From Corallococcus sp. (lineage in GTDB: Bacteria; Bacillota; Clostridia; Christensenellales; CAG-314), in assembly GCA_023665205.1 (NCBI GenBank), contig JAMPEJ010000006.1, positions 47,513 to 111,512 on the forward strand: a stretch of DNA of 64,000 nucleotides. Reading direction: 5' to 3'. The position numbers and the translations under genes were made by a program. Under the pieces are notes generated by a model that was not told the origin of the DNA, made no database searches, and worked only from the letters and a program-made list of their open reading frames with translations. This document shows positions 39,428-47,446 of this stretch, piece by piece. The first letter of the stretch is position 1, and every line of letters begins with the position of its first letter.

Positions 39428-39456
39428 TTGACAAAACCACACGGGGGGGGTACAAT
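39428..39456 (+). promoter_or_regulatory. Sigma-A-type promoter with a G8 tract in the spacer
   Basis: TTGACA (39428..39433), a 17-nt spacer ending in GGGGGGGG (39443..39450), then TACAAT (39451..39456). Confidence 0.6.
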
Positions 39457-39530
39457 GTACCTGCGTCGCGCACTTGACGAAAAAAAGGCTACGGCGCTGC
39501 GCAAAAAATACACAAAGGGGAACACGATCT

Positions 39531-40451
39531 ATGAACAAAAAGTTGGCCGCGTATCTTACGGAACGCGGTTTGACCGTAGACAAAAACCGTGCCTACGGCG
39601 TGTTTAACGGTTTTGAAACCAACGTAGAATACCGAGTATTCGACAACGTAACGCCGCTTTATCTGCACTTTTCTTGCTATACTACGGACGAACAAAAGCG
39701 CACTGTACAACAGGAACTGAATGCAGCCGCGGTAAAATATCTTAAATTTGCATTTTCTCCCTACGGATTGGAATTGGGACTAAACGATCTGACTTTGGGG
39801 AAATTGCTTAAACGCTTGGACGAAATACTAAACAAAGTATGCGCCTCACTTAAAGACAACGGCGCCCTGGGCGTTGGGTACTGCCCCGTTTGCGGCAATG
39901 CGCTCAATTTCGATCAAAGCAAAAAATGCACAGTAAACGGCATTACCGTTTCCATAGACAACGACTGCGTTGACAATATCAATACGCTGATTTCTGCAGA
40001 AAACAAAGATTTCGAAGAAGCGCCGAACAATTATCTTCGCGGTTTTCTAGGGGCGTTTATCGGCGGTCTTGTTGGCGTAGGCGTTGCCGTCGGTTTTTAC
40101 GCGGCAGGTTTTATTTCGGCAATATCGGCTTTTGTAGCAATCTTTTTGGGAGAATTTCTTTACCGAAAGTTGGGAGGCAAACCCAACAAAATGATGGTGG
40201 TTATCCTTTCCGTCACTACTTTCGTAATGATGATGTTGGCCGTGGTTGCCATATATCTTGTCGCTGCAGCTATCGGGGCGGAAAAAGTCGGCATGGATAC
40301 GTTTGCCTATTTCAAATTGTGCATGCAAGACGAAGAAATTTCCGCAGCGTTTACTCGCGAACTCATTCTTACTGCTCTTTTCTCCGCTCTGGGCTGCGGC
40401 TACGAGATCTTTATGCTGCTAAAACGTATCAAGAGAAAGAGCAATATATAA
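39531..40451 (+). CDS. Membrane protein with cytoplasmic zinc-ribbon-like motif, unknown function
   Basis: ATG at 39531 after AAGGGG. CPVCGNAL...C..(20 aa)..DC, then four hydrophobic segments. Confidence 0.6.
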   Translation: MNKKLAAYLTERGLTVDKNRAYGVFNGFETNVEYRVFDNVTPLYLHFSCYTTDEQKRTVQQELNAAAVKYLKFAFSPYGLELGLNDLTLGKLLKRLDEILNKVCASLKDNGALGVGYCPVCGNALNFDQSKKCTVNGITVSIDNDCVDNINTLISAENKDFEEAPNNYLRGFLGAFIGGLVGVGVAVGFYAAGFISAISAFVAIFLGEFLYRKLGGKPNKMMVVILSVTTFVMMMLAVVAIYLVAAAIGAEKVGMDTFAYFKLCMQDEEISAAFTRELILTALFSALGCGYEIFMLLKRIKRKSNI

Positions 40452-40470
40452 CGTCTCGTAAAATCATAAT

Positions 40471-40505
40471 AAAAAGGTAGTTGCAAACAAGCAATTACCT
40501 TTTTT
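40471..40505. terminator. Bidirectional hairpin terminator, diverged member of the GGTAACTGC hairpin family
   Basis: AAAAAGGTAGTTGC-aaacaa-GCAATTACCTTTTT, between the convergent membrane-protein gene and dnaA. Confidence 0.7.
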
Positions 40506-40698
40506 ATTTGTAACGTTAGCCCAATCGTGGCTTTATGCGATATGTTTTTACCTTTTTCAAAAAGTCCGCCTTTTGAAATAAGTTACGATAAAAAGACTGT
40601 CGAATAAACAATCCTTCCATTGTTGATTCTGTGGCGCTTTCTGTAAATTTATGCAATCAATACCTCTGCACGCTTACACTCGCCTCCGCGGCTAGCGG

Positions 40699-42063
40699 CT
40701 AGCGGTTTAACACTTTGTCGCGGATATCCTTTACTTGGCTTGCGATAACGTCGTTGGTTTTTACGCTTTCGCTTATCTTATCACGCGCGTGCATAACGGT
40801 GGTGTGGTCGCGTCCGCCAAAGTACTCTCCGATAGATACCAGAGGTACGCTTTGCCCCAAAATGTCGCAAATAAGATAAATGCATATTTGACGGGGAACG
40901 ACTATCTCTTTGTTTTTCTTTTTTCCTACAAGTTCCTCTTTACTTAAAGAGTAATACTCGCACGTTGCGTTTACTACGTGATCGATAGTGATTATGTCCG
41001 TTGACGCATCGGCGTAGTCGCGCAGCGCGTCGCTCACTATATTCATATCGTTGGGATCGCCGCCCACAAGGGTGGAGTAACTTACGATACGGTTTAGCAT
41101 CCCTTCCATCTCTCGCACGTTGTTTGTTATCTTTTCCGCAATGAGAGTCAACACGCGTATGTTGATATTATATCCTTTTTGTCCGCACTTCTTTTGCAGT
41201 ATCGCAATGCGCGTTTCTAAATTGGGAGGTTGAACGTCGGCAATCACGCCCATAGCAAAGCGAGTGCGCAAACGTTCCTCTATGTTTATTTCCTTCGGGG
41301 GACGGTCGCTACTCAATATTATTTGCTTGTCGGCAAGATACAGGTCGTTGAAAGTATGGAATACTTCTTCCTGCGTTCCTTCCTTGTTGGCAAGATATTG
41401 AACGTCGTCCATCATCAGTACGTCCACTTTGCGGTACTTTTCGCGGAAGTCTTTTTTCGATCTGGAATTGGAAGTGTCTTGTATAGATTCGATCAGTTCG
41501 TTACGGAACTGGTCGCATGTTACGTACATGATTTTTTTATCGGGGTACTGTTTTTGCAAACGGTTGCCTATTGCGTGCATAAGGTGAGTTTTTCCAAGCC
41601 CTACTCCGCCCCAAATAAACAACGGGTTGTACTTGTTTCCAGGATTATCTGCAACGGCACGCGCAACCGCCTCGGCGTACTCGTTACTTTTACCTACGAC
41701 AAAATTTTCAAAAGTGTACTGTGAAATAAAGTTTATCTTGTCTTCGCCTACGGGGACGTAATTGGGACTGACAGGAATATCCACGTCCGTTTCAACTTTG
41801 CCGACGTTGGGCAAGTCGTTTTCGGTAATTATTTCCAAATCTACTATGGAGGGGAAAACGGAGTTTGTGCAAGCGCGCAAAATATCCTTGTAGTTGTTGA
41901 TCACGATATTTTTCGCGGCGGGAGTTTCGGCAAGTAAAATAAGCCTGTCGTGATAGATTCCCACCGGCTGCAACGTATTTATATACAAGTCGAACACAAG
42001 CGTTTGGACTTTTGCTTCGGCTTCTAAAAGTATGTTTTCCCAAATTTGATTGATTTTCAGCAT
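40699..42063 (-). CDS. dnaA: Chromosomal replication initiator protein DnaA
   Basis: AAA+ Walker A GGVGLGKTHLMHA, Walker B LMMDDVQ, and C-terminal domain IV (GGRDHTTVMHA). Start set at ATG 42063 (MLKINQIWENIL). The GTG at 42081 overlaps the -10 box. Confidence 0.93.
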   Translation of the reverse strand: MLKINQIWENILLEAEAKVQTLVFDLYINTLQPVGIYHDRLILLAETPAAKNIVINNYKDILRACTNSVFPSIVDLEIITENDLPNVGKVETDVDIPVSPNYVPVGEDKINFISQYTFENFVVGKSNEYAEAVARAVADNPGNKYNPLFIWGGVGLGKTHLMHAIGNRLQKQYPDKKIMYVTCDQFRNELIESIQDTSNSRSKKDFREKYRKVDVLMMDDVQYLANKEGTQEEVFHTFNDLYLADKQIILSSDRPPKEINIEERLRTRFAMGVIADVQPPNLETRIAILQKKCGQKGYNINIRVLTLIAEKITNNVREMEGMLNRIVSYSTLVGGDPNDMNIVSDALRDYADASTDIITIDHVVNATCEYYSLSKEELVGKKKNKEIVVPRQICIYLICDILGQSVPLVSIGEYFGGRDHTTVMHARDKISESVKTNDVIASQVKDIRDKVLNR

Positions 42064-42072
42064 AGTGGGTAT

Positions 42073-42101
42073 ATTATACACTTTTTTGCACTTTTCGGCA
42101 A
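42073..42101 (-). promoter_or_regulatory. Putative dnaA promoter, -10 box 9 nt from the ATG
   Basis: Minus strand: TTGCCG (42101..42096), 17 nt, TATAAT (42078..42073). No SD before ATG 42063. Confidence 0.5.
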
Positions 42102-42185
42102 GTGCTGACCGCAGTAACGCCGCAATATTTTTTCACCTTGCCGGTGAAGCGAGCAGCAATGTGCAAAGTATTTGGTTTTATATTG

Positions 42186-42235
42186 AAAAAAACAAAATAA
42201 ATGCCCTAACCGATACAAATCGGCTAGGGCATTTA
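42186..42235 (-). terminator. Rho-independent terminator downstream of the pnuC-like gene
   Basis: About 17-bp stem TAAATGCCCTAACCGAT / ATCGGCTAGGGCATTTA (one mismatch). On the minus strand it is followed by a T-rich run (TTTTGTTTTTTT). Confidence 0.75.
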
Positions 42236-42374
42236 TTAAAACTCTACTCTTACGCCAAATATCTCGGCCTCGCCTGCTATCCGGCACACAGTGCCGATTG
42301 GCTTAACGCGGCTCTTTCAGCATAACACTGATACTTTTACAACAAACGCTGAGTTCTATGCAACCATTGTATAT

Positions 42375-43712
42375 TTACGCTTGCCCAATCGGCGATGCGG
42401 TTTCAGCTTTGCGCGACCTGATGTATCTCGTCCACATTATGTACCCGTAAGTGGTATTAGTCAGATAACCTACTTTCAACACGAGCAATATCCATTGTCC
42501 GGCCATAATGTTTATCACCGTTTCGATAATAGCGCATATATACCAAGCGATCCATTGTTCGCGGTAACGCAGCAGTATCAGTACGCCGTTTACTATCCCC
42601 ACGGCCGATGCGCACGCATCCAAATAGCACGCTACGTTTTTGTAAGCAACGTTATTGGCAAATATTCCGCCGTCTACTTCCAACAAAGTAAGCAAATAGC
42701 CTACGCCCACCGTCCATACCGCAATACCGGCAACGATAAGTATATCCTGCCACCAAGTAAGTTTTTTTACAACCGTAAGTTCTTCTTTTTGCCGGTCCGG
42801 ATGGCGGTGCCACATAACAAAACTTATTATATCGCAAGGGATCCAAAACAGCAGCGTCGTTACCATAGTTGCAAATCGGTACATACACACGACGCATACG
42901 ATAATTTCCACTATCTCCACGCCCAGAGAAACGACGAAATTCCACTTGCTCTGTTTGCTGATAAGCAGTTCGCAGGTGATATTGAGTATCACGTCCATAA
43001 GATACAAAAAGGTGATAACCGCCGCCGAAACGAGAAAACTGTTACTGGTGATCTTGAATCCCTGTCCTTCGCTTTCCTCAAAAGAAATCGTTTGTGAAAA
43101 CAGCGTTGCTCCCTTGCCGTCGGTTATCGCCAATGCCAATTTACCGCCGTCGCTGTCTTCGTAACATTCGATGCGTATTTTGCTGTTTTTGTTTACGGCA
43201 ACGGGCAGTTTCAGCGCAAGCGTTTCGGGATAGGCAGGATCTACAGTATGCTCGGCATACGCCTTGTCGTAAAATTCGCCCGTGTAATCGATAAGACAGT
43301 ATTCCTTCTCGCCCTCTCCGTCGTTGTTGTCTATATAGATCGTATCTATAACAAACTCGCCGTCCGTGCCGGAAAAGTCCAAAGTCGTAAACGTCCCGTC
43401 AACGTCGGCAAATACGGAGTTATCCAATTGCAGCAATTGAGTCGGAGTATCGTCCTCCGGAAAAATAAACGCGAAAACGATTGCTATAACCAAAATGGAT
43501 ACGTACCAAATTTTTTCGTACAACGTAAAGTAGTTCCACAGATCTTTTGCCCGTTTGACAAATTTATTGGGCTTTTTTCCGGAGTCTTTCTTTTTGTTTT
43601 CGGTCTGTTCGTCCGTTTCGTTTACGAACAATGGTTCTGCGTTTTCCGTTGGGGCGTTTTTATTATTGCTTTCCGCTTCTATTTCGGATTTCTGTACTGC
43701 TTTTTCTTCCAT
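42375..43712 (-). CDS. pnuC: PnuC-like nicotinamide riboside transporter with N-terminal extension and large inserted extracytoplasmic domain
   Basis: The C-terminal ~230 aa carries the PnuC pattern (ELLISKQSKWNF.., FWIPCDIISFVMW, W.AWYICAIIETVIN, GYIMW). About 165 aa lie between the first TM and the rest. Confidence 0.7.
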   Translation of the reverse strand: MEEKAVQKSEIEAESNNKNAPTENAEPLFVNETDEQTENKKKDSGKKPNKFVKRAKDLWNYFTLYEKIWYVSILVIAIVFAFIFPEDDTPTQLLQLDNSVFADVDGTFTTLDFSGTDGEFVIDTIYIDNNDGEGEKEYCLIDYTGEFYDKAYAEHTVDPAYPETLALKLPVAVNKNSKIRIECYEDSDGGKLALAITDGKGATLFSQTISFEESEGQGFKITSNSFLVSAAVITFLYLMDVILNITCELLISKQSKWNFVVSLGVEIVEIIVCVVCMYRFATMVTTLLFWIPCDIISFVMWHRHPDRQKEELTVVKKLTWWQDILIVAGIAVWTVGVGYLLTLLEVDGGIFANNVAYKNVACYLDACASAVGIVNGVLILLRYREQWIAWYICAIIETVINIMAGQWILLVLKVGYLTNTTYGYIMWTRYIRSRKAETASPIGQA

Positions 43713-43850
43713 AGCACAACCCTGTTTAATATTTGTTTTTTCAGCAGAAGAATATCACACAAACAAAATATATGTCAAACCTTTTCATTGCAGCGTTTAC
43801 GCGCTTTCTTTTAGTCGCGTTTTTCTCTTTTGGTACAGTTACGTGCCGCA

Positions 43851-43935
43851 TTTTTAATATATTTTATAAAATTTTATAATTTTAATATATTATTTTTGAA
43901 TAATTATATATCTTTTGATTATTTATTATAAATTA
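43851..43935. other. Extreme AT island (3 G/C in 85 nt) with tandem ATTTTATAA(A/T) 10-mers
   Basis: Direct count of 43851..43935. ATTTTATAAA at 43861..43870 and ATTTTATAAT at 43871..43880. Confidence 0.8.
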
Positions 43936-44154
43936 CGTCTAACAATTTTATACCGACGTGTGTTGAAACCGCCGGTTATACCTCTAAACGGAAAACATCT
44001 GTTACGTATATGTCTTGTTTTGTTAAACAAATACTGCAACTGTACGCAAAATGATACAAGCCGTACCTTGTATATTACAACAAAATCTAAAAATAAGATA
44101 GACGAATGTGTCAGCTGAAATATCGATTGCTTTTACAAGCCGTTTATTTTTCTC

Positions 44155-44188
44155 ATAAAAAACAACGGCAAGTTTCCTTACCGTTGTT
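44155..44188 (-). terminator. Rho-independent terminator after the lipoprotein pair
   Basis: Minus strand: AACAACGG..CCGTTGTT stem followed by TTTTTT. Confidence 0.65.
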
Positions 44189-44209
44189 TATATTACAGTT
44201 ATCGACAAA

Positions 44210-44767
44210 TTATTTCGTGGCTTCGATTGCGGCTTTTGTTCCTGCGTATACAACATTACCGCTCTTTCCGATAATCATCTCGTCGATGGCCTTGACCGTA
44301 GCGTCATAGGCTTCTTTTGCTGCATCATAAATTGCCTGAGCCTGATCCTTTTCTGCGCCTGCCGCCATAGCATCGATTTGCTTTTTCATATTTTCCAGTT
44401 CTTTTTTCAGTTCTTCCTTACCGGCTTCCATATTTTTCTTGCAATCTTCGTAGTACTTGTTCGCCGCTTCGGCATTTTTGAACCAATACATCGAAATGAG
44501 ATCGGCAGTTTTGTCGGCTTTTGCGGAAATATACGCCTCGAAGTCTTCCGCTTTGATATTCTGGCTTGTAATAACGCTTTCAATAAGCGATTCAGAACCT
44601 TCGTCGCCGGATTTTACGGCGGTTACCGAATATCCGTTCTTTTTCAAATTGGCTTTTGCTTCATCATAGTCGGTGTTGGGGACGGGATCGCTGCCGCAAG
44701 CGACAAGAGCCGTCACTGCCAAAGCGCAAACTACAACCAATGCAAAAATCTTTGTCAGTTTTTTCAT
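44210..44767 (-). CDS. Lipoprotein, paralog 1 of tandem pair
   Basis: MKKLTKIFALVVVCALAVTALVACGS lipobox. Shares PVPNTDY, NL.KNGY and GK.G.VVY.GT.AAI.AT with the upstream gene. Confidence 0.8.
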   Translation of the reverse strand: MKKLTKIFALVVVCALAVTALVACGSDPVPNTDYDEAKANLKKNGYSVTAVKSGDEGSESLIESVITSQNIKAEDFEAYISAKADKTADLISMYWFKNAEAANKYYEDCKKNMEAGKEELKKELENMKKQIDAMAAGAEKDQAQAIYDAAKEAYDATVKAIDEMIIGKSGNVVYAGTKAAIEATK

Positions 44768-44828
44768 ATCTTTTCTCCTTTTTTATTTTGTTCACGGCGA
44801 TTTCCTTGCGGACAACTGCCATTGAAAC

Positions 44829-45353
44829 CTAATTGGTTGCACTTATGGCTGCGGGCGTACCGACGTAGACAACTTTACCTATTTTCCCGCACAAAATATT
44901 CTTAAGTTTTTCCAATACATTCAACTTTTTTTTGAAAGCATTTTTTGTCGAGCCGTCGGCCAGCGTTTCTATCCATCGCTTGCAAACTTTAATCTCCGAT
45001 TCGAAATACTCTTTTGCTTTCTCTGTGTTTTCCGATACGCCTTTGTAATACGGCTCCGCAGCAGTCTCCGTCTTCAACCATACCATTCCTATGGCATCGC
45101 CTTCCTGAGTGCAGGCAAAAATTATTTTTTCTATATCCTTTTCGGAAACGCCTTCGATGGTAATCAGTATCTTTTTTACAGATTCTTCCGACAGCGCTTC
45201 GTTGTCGGAATCGTCAAATAAATATCCGTTTTTTATCAGGTTTGACCGCATTTGTCCGTAATCGGTGTTCGGTACGGGCGTACATCCGACCAATAAGACA
45301 ATTGCCAATACGCAGACAAGCGTAACGGCTGAAATTCTTAAAAGTTTTTTCAT
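44829..45353 (-). CDS. Lipoprotein, paralog 2 of tandem pair
   Basis: MKKLLRISAVTLVCVLAIVLLVGCT lipobox. Paralogous to 44210..44767. Confidence 0.8.
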   Translation of the reverse strand: MKKLLRISAVTLVCVLAIVLLVGCTPVPNTDYGQMRSNLIKNGYLFDDSDNEALSEESVKKILITIEGVSEKDIEKIIFACTQEGDAIGMVWLKTETAAEPYYKGVSENTEKAKEYFESEIKVCKRWIETLADGSTKNAFKKKLNVLEKLKNILCGKIGKVVYVGTPAAISATN

Positions 45354-45387
45354 TACCGGCCTTTTTTCTATTTTAATCGGTATTTAT

Positions 45388-45419
45388 ATTATACAGCATA
45401 CCCCCCCCCCGCGTGTCAA
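45388..45419 (-). promoter_or_regulatory. Sigma-A-type promoter with a G10 tract in a 20-nt spacer
   Basis: Minus strand: TTGACA (45419..45414), cgc, G10 (45410..45401), tatgctg, TATAAT (45393..45388). ATG of the lipoprotein gene is at 45353. Confidence 0.55.
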
Positions 45420-45607
45420 CGGTTTTTCTGTATTTTCTTCTTATTTTTCCGATTTTGCGGAAAGTTTTGCCGTATTCCGTTTTGTTCTCAACAAAAATTT
45501 ATTTCTACTCAGTGTTTTCCTTTAGAAATTTTGTTTTGCTAAGATAATATACAGGCACTTCGATTTCGACATGAAACCTGCATTATATTGCTGCAATTAA
45601 ATCAAAC

Positions 45608-45643
45608 AAAAAACTCCCTTGCGGATTTGTTTCCGTAAGGGAG
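45608..45643 (-). terminator. Rho-independent terminator downstream of dnaN
   Basis: 12-bp stem CTCCCTTGCGGA / TCCGTAAGGGAG (one G.U pair), followed on the minus strand by T6. Confidence 0.75.
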
Positions 45644-45788
45644 CGTTGTTTTACAATTTTCCTGTTACATATTAATTTGCAAAAATATTCTTTGCCGTAA
45701 GCGTTTTCGTCAGTCCTTTATTTCCGGCGTTTTAGTAAACTTTCTATATCGTATTTTAATACAAAGACGTTTCTGTTTTACGTAACCG

Positions 45789-46895
45789 TTATACTATTTG
45801 TTTTACAGGCAAAATGAAGTACAGCACTTCGTCGCTGTTGTTGATGGTTATCACGCAACTGCTGTGTTGTGCAAATTCCATCTTGATAGATTCGGCGTCG
45901 ATAACTTTCAAGCAATCGTTGATGTATTTTGCGTTGTAAGCGCAGCGCACGTCTTTGCCGTTTAGAGAAATATTTACGTTTTCTTTTGCCGAACCGTACT
46001 GGCTTGTGGAGGAAATGTTCATTTTGTATTCCTCTATGTCCAGTACGACAAGATTGTTTTTGTCGCCGCGCGACATAATGGATGCGGTTGTAAGCGCTCT
46101 TTCAAAGTTTTCTTTGTCTACAAGCAACGTGGAAACAAACTCTTTGGGTATTATGTTATCGTACCGGATATACTGACCGGAAACCAACAATCTGGTAAGG
46201 ACCTTGGTGTTGTCCAAAACTACCAGCAAGTAGTTCTTTTCAATATAAACTTTTAGAACGTTTTCGCTGTCGGTAAGCAGTTTGGACAGTTCCGACAAAC
46301 TTCTTGCAGGCACAGTGGCGGTAATTTCGTCGGTCTTTTCTTCCAAAGCTTTTTTGCTCATGGCAAAACGGTATCCGTCAGTGGCAACCGCCGTCAAAGT
46401 GTAGTCTTTTGCCTCGAAATAAACGCCCTTTAGCATAGGACGGCTTTCGTCGGTCGCTACGGAAAAGATAACGTTGTTTATAATATCCTTGAGGTTTAGT
46501 TCTTGAATCGCAAAATAGTTTTCGTTATTTATCTGTTCCGACTCGGGATAGTCGTCTACGTCCAAAGTGGAGATATTGCACTCGCTGTTTGCGGTGGATA
46601 TTACCAAACGGTTGTCGTCGTTCATTTCCAAAGACACGTCACCGCTATCTGCAATATTACGCACGTAATCGCCGAAAACACGTCCCGGCACCAAAGTTGC
46701 GCCTCCGACTATAACGTTGGCTTCGATGGTCTTTTCTATTGCCAAATCTTTATCCGTTGCAAACAGAGTAAGTTTATCGTTTTCCGCAACAACCTTTATG
46801 CATTCCAAAATAGGCGCCACGTCTCTGACCGGCAAAGCTTTTGCAACTTTGGAGATAGCGTCGTTCAGATCCAAACTGTTTACTATTATTTTCAT
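45789..46895 (-). CDS. dnaN: DNA polymerase III subunit beta (sliding clamp)
   Basis: 368 aa with a three-domain clamp pattern (MKIIVNSLDLNDAISKV...LECIKV...TDKDLAIE...ATDGYRFA). GGAGGAC SD. Confidence 0.92.
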   Translation of the reverse strand: MKIIVNSLDLNDAISKVAKALPVRDVAPILECIKVVAENDKLTLFATDKDLAIEKTIEANVIVGGATLVPGRVFGDYVRNIADSGDVSLEMNDDNRLVISTANSECNISTLDVDDYPESEQINNENYFAIQELNLKDIINNVIFSVATDESRPMLKGVYFEAKDYTLTAVATDGYRFAMSKKALEEKTDEITATVPARSLSELSKLLTDSENVLKVYIEKNYLLVVLDNTKVLTRLLVSGQYIRYDNIIPKEFVSTLLVDKENFERALTTASIMSRGDKNNLVVLDIEEYKMNISSTSQYGSAKENVNISLNGKDVRCAYNAKYINDCLKVIDAESIKMEFAQHSSCVITINNSDEVLYFILPVKQIV

Positions 46896-47022
46896 TTGTT
46901 GTCCTCCGCTCGCTTCGTTGCGAGTTAATAGTCTAATGTCTTTTTAGCACCGTAAAGCGTTTTGTTACCGCGATGCTCATTTCAATTGTAGTTATTTTAT
47001 TGAGAGCAGCAGAATTAGTGTC

Positions 47023-47236
47023 TGTGGATTTGTGGTATAAGTTGTGCAAAACGTCAACGTAAAACAAAATATGGTCGTTTTGCGGCAGACAAACCCAAAA
47101 TATAGTGCTATGCCTCAAATAGTTTGTGTGGACAAGTTGTACATCCGTTGGGGATAAATCAAGAAACTGTCCACAGCAACGTCGCGTGTAGATAAAGCGG
47201 ATACCATCTATTGCCGAAAACCTCGCTTTATCGATA
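47023..47236. promoter_or_regulatory. Cluster of degenerate DnaA-box-like 9-mers (candidate oriC sub-region)
   Basis: Compared with TTATCCACA/TGTGGATAA: 47127 TGTGGACAA (8/9), 47149 TGGGGATAA (8/9), 47187 TGTAGATAA (8/9), 47023 TGTGGATTT (7/9), 47167 CTGTCCACA (7/9), 47228 TTATCGATA (7/9). No perfect box. Confidence 0.45.
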
Positions 47237-47417
47237 AAATTCATATATATAACAATTATACCCCAACTCCTTCAAAATTGCAAGATATAACGCATAAAAT
47301 ATATGCGCCTTTGAAAAACAATCGCGACAAAACTTTGCCTAAACGGGTAAAATCAGCCAAAATATGCTAAACAATGGTTAAAATTTAATAAAAGTTAACA
47401 AAAATTCACTAAAAGCA

Positions 47418-47446
47418 TTGCGATTGCAATTTGTTGGTGATAAAAT
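47418..47446 (+). promoter_or_regulatory. Sigma-A-type promoter for degV
   Basis: TTGCGA (47418..47423), 17 nt, TAAAAT (47441..47446). GGAGG SD before ATG 47494. Confidence 0.5.

Noticed and set aside
46933-47244. A 103-aa minus-strand ORF upstream of dnaN, and the 140-aa ORF at 47395..47817.
   Set aside because: The first overlaps the DnaA-box-like cluster and has no SD or motif. The second is antisense to the degV start region. Both are better explained as non-coding or antisense artefacts.
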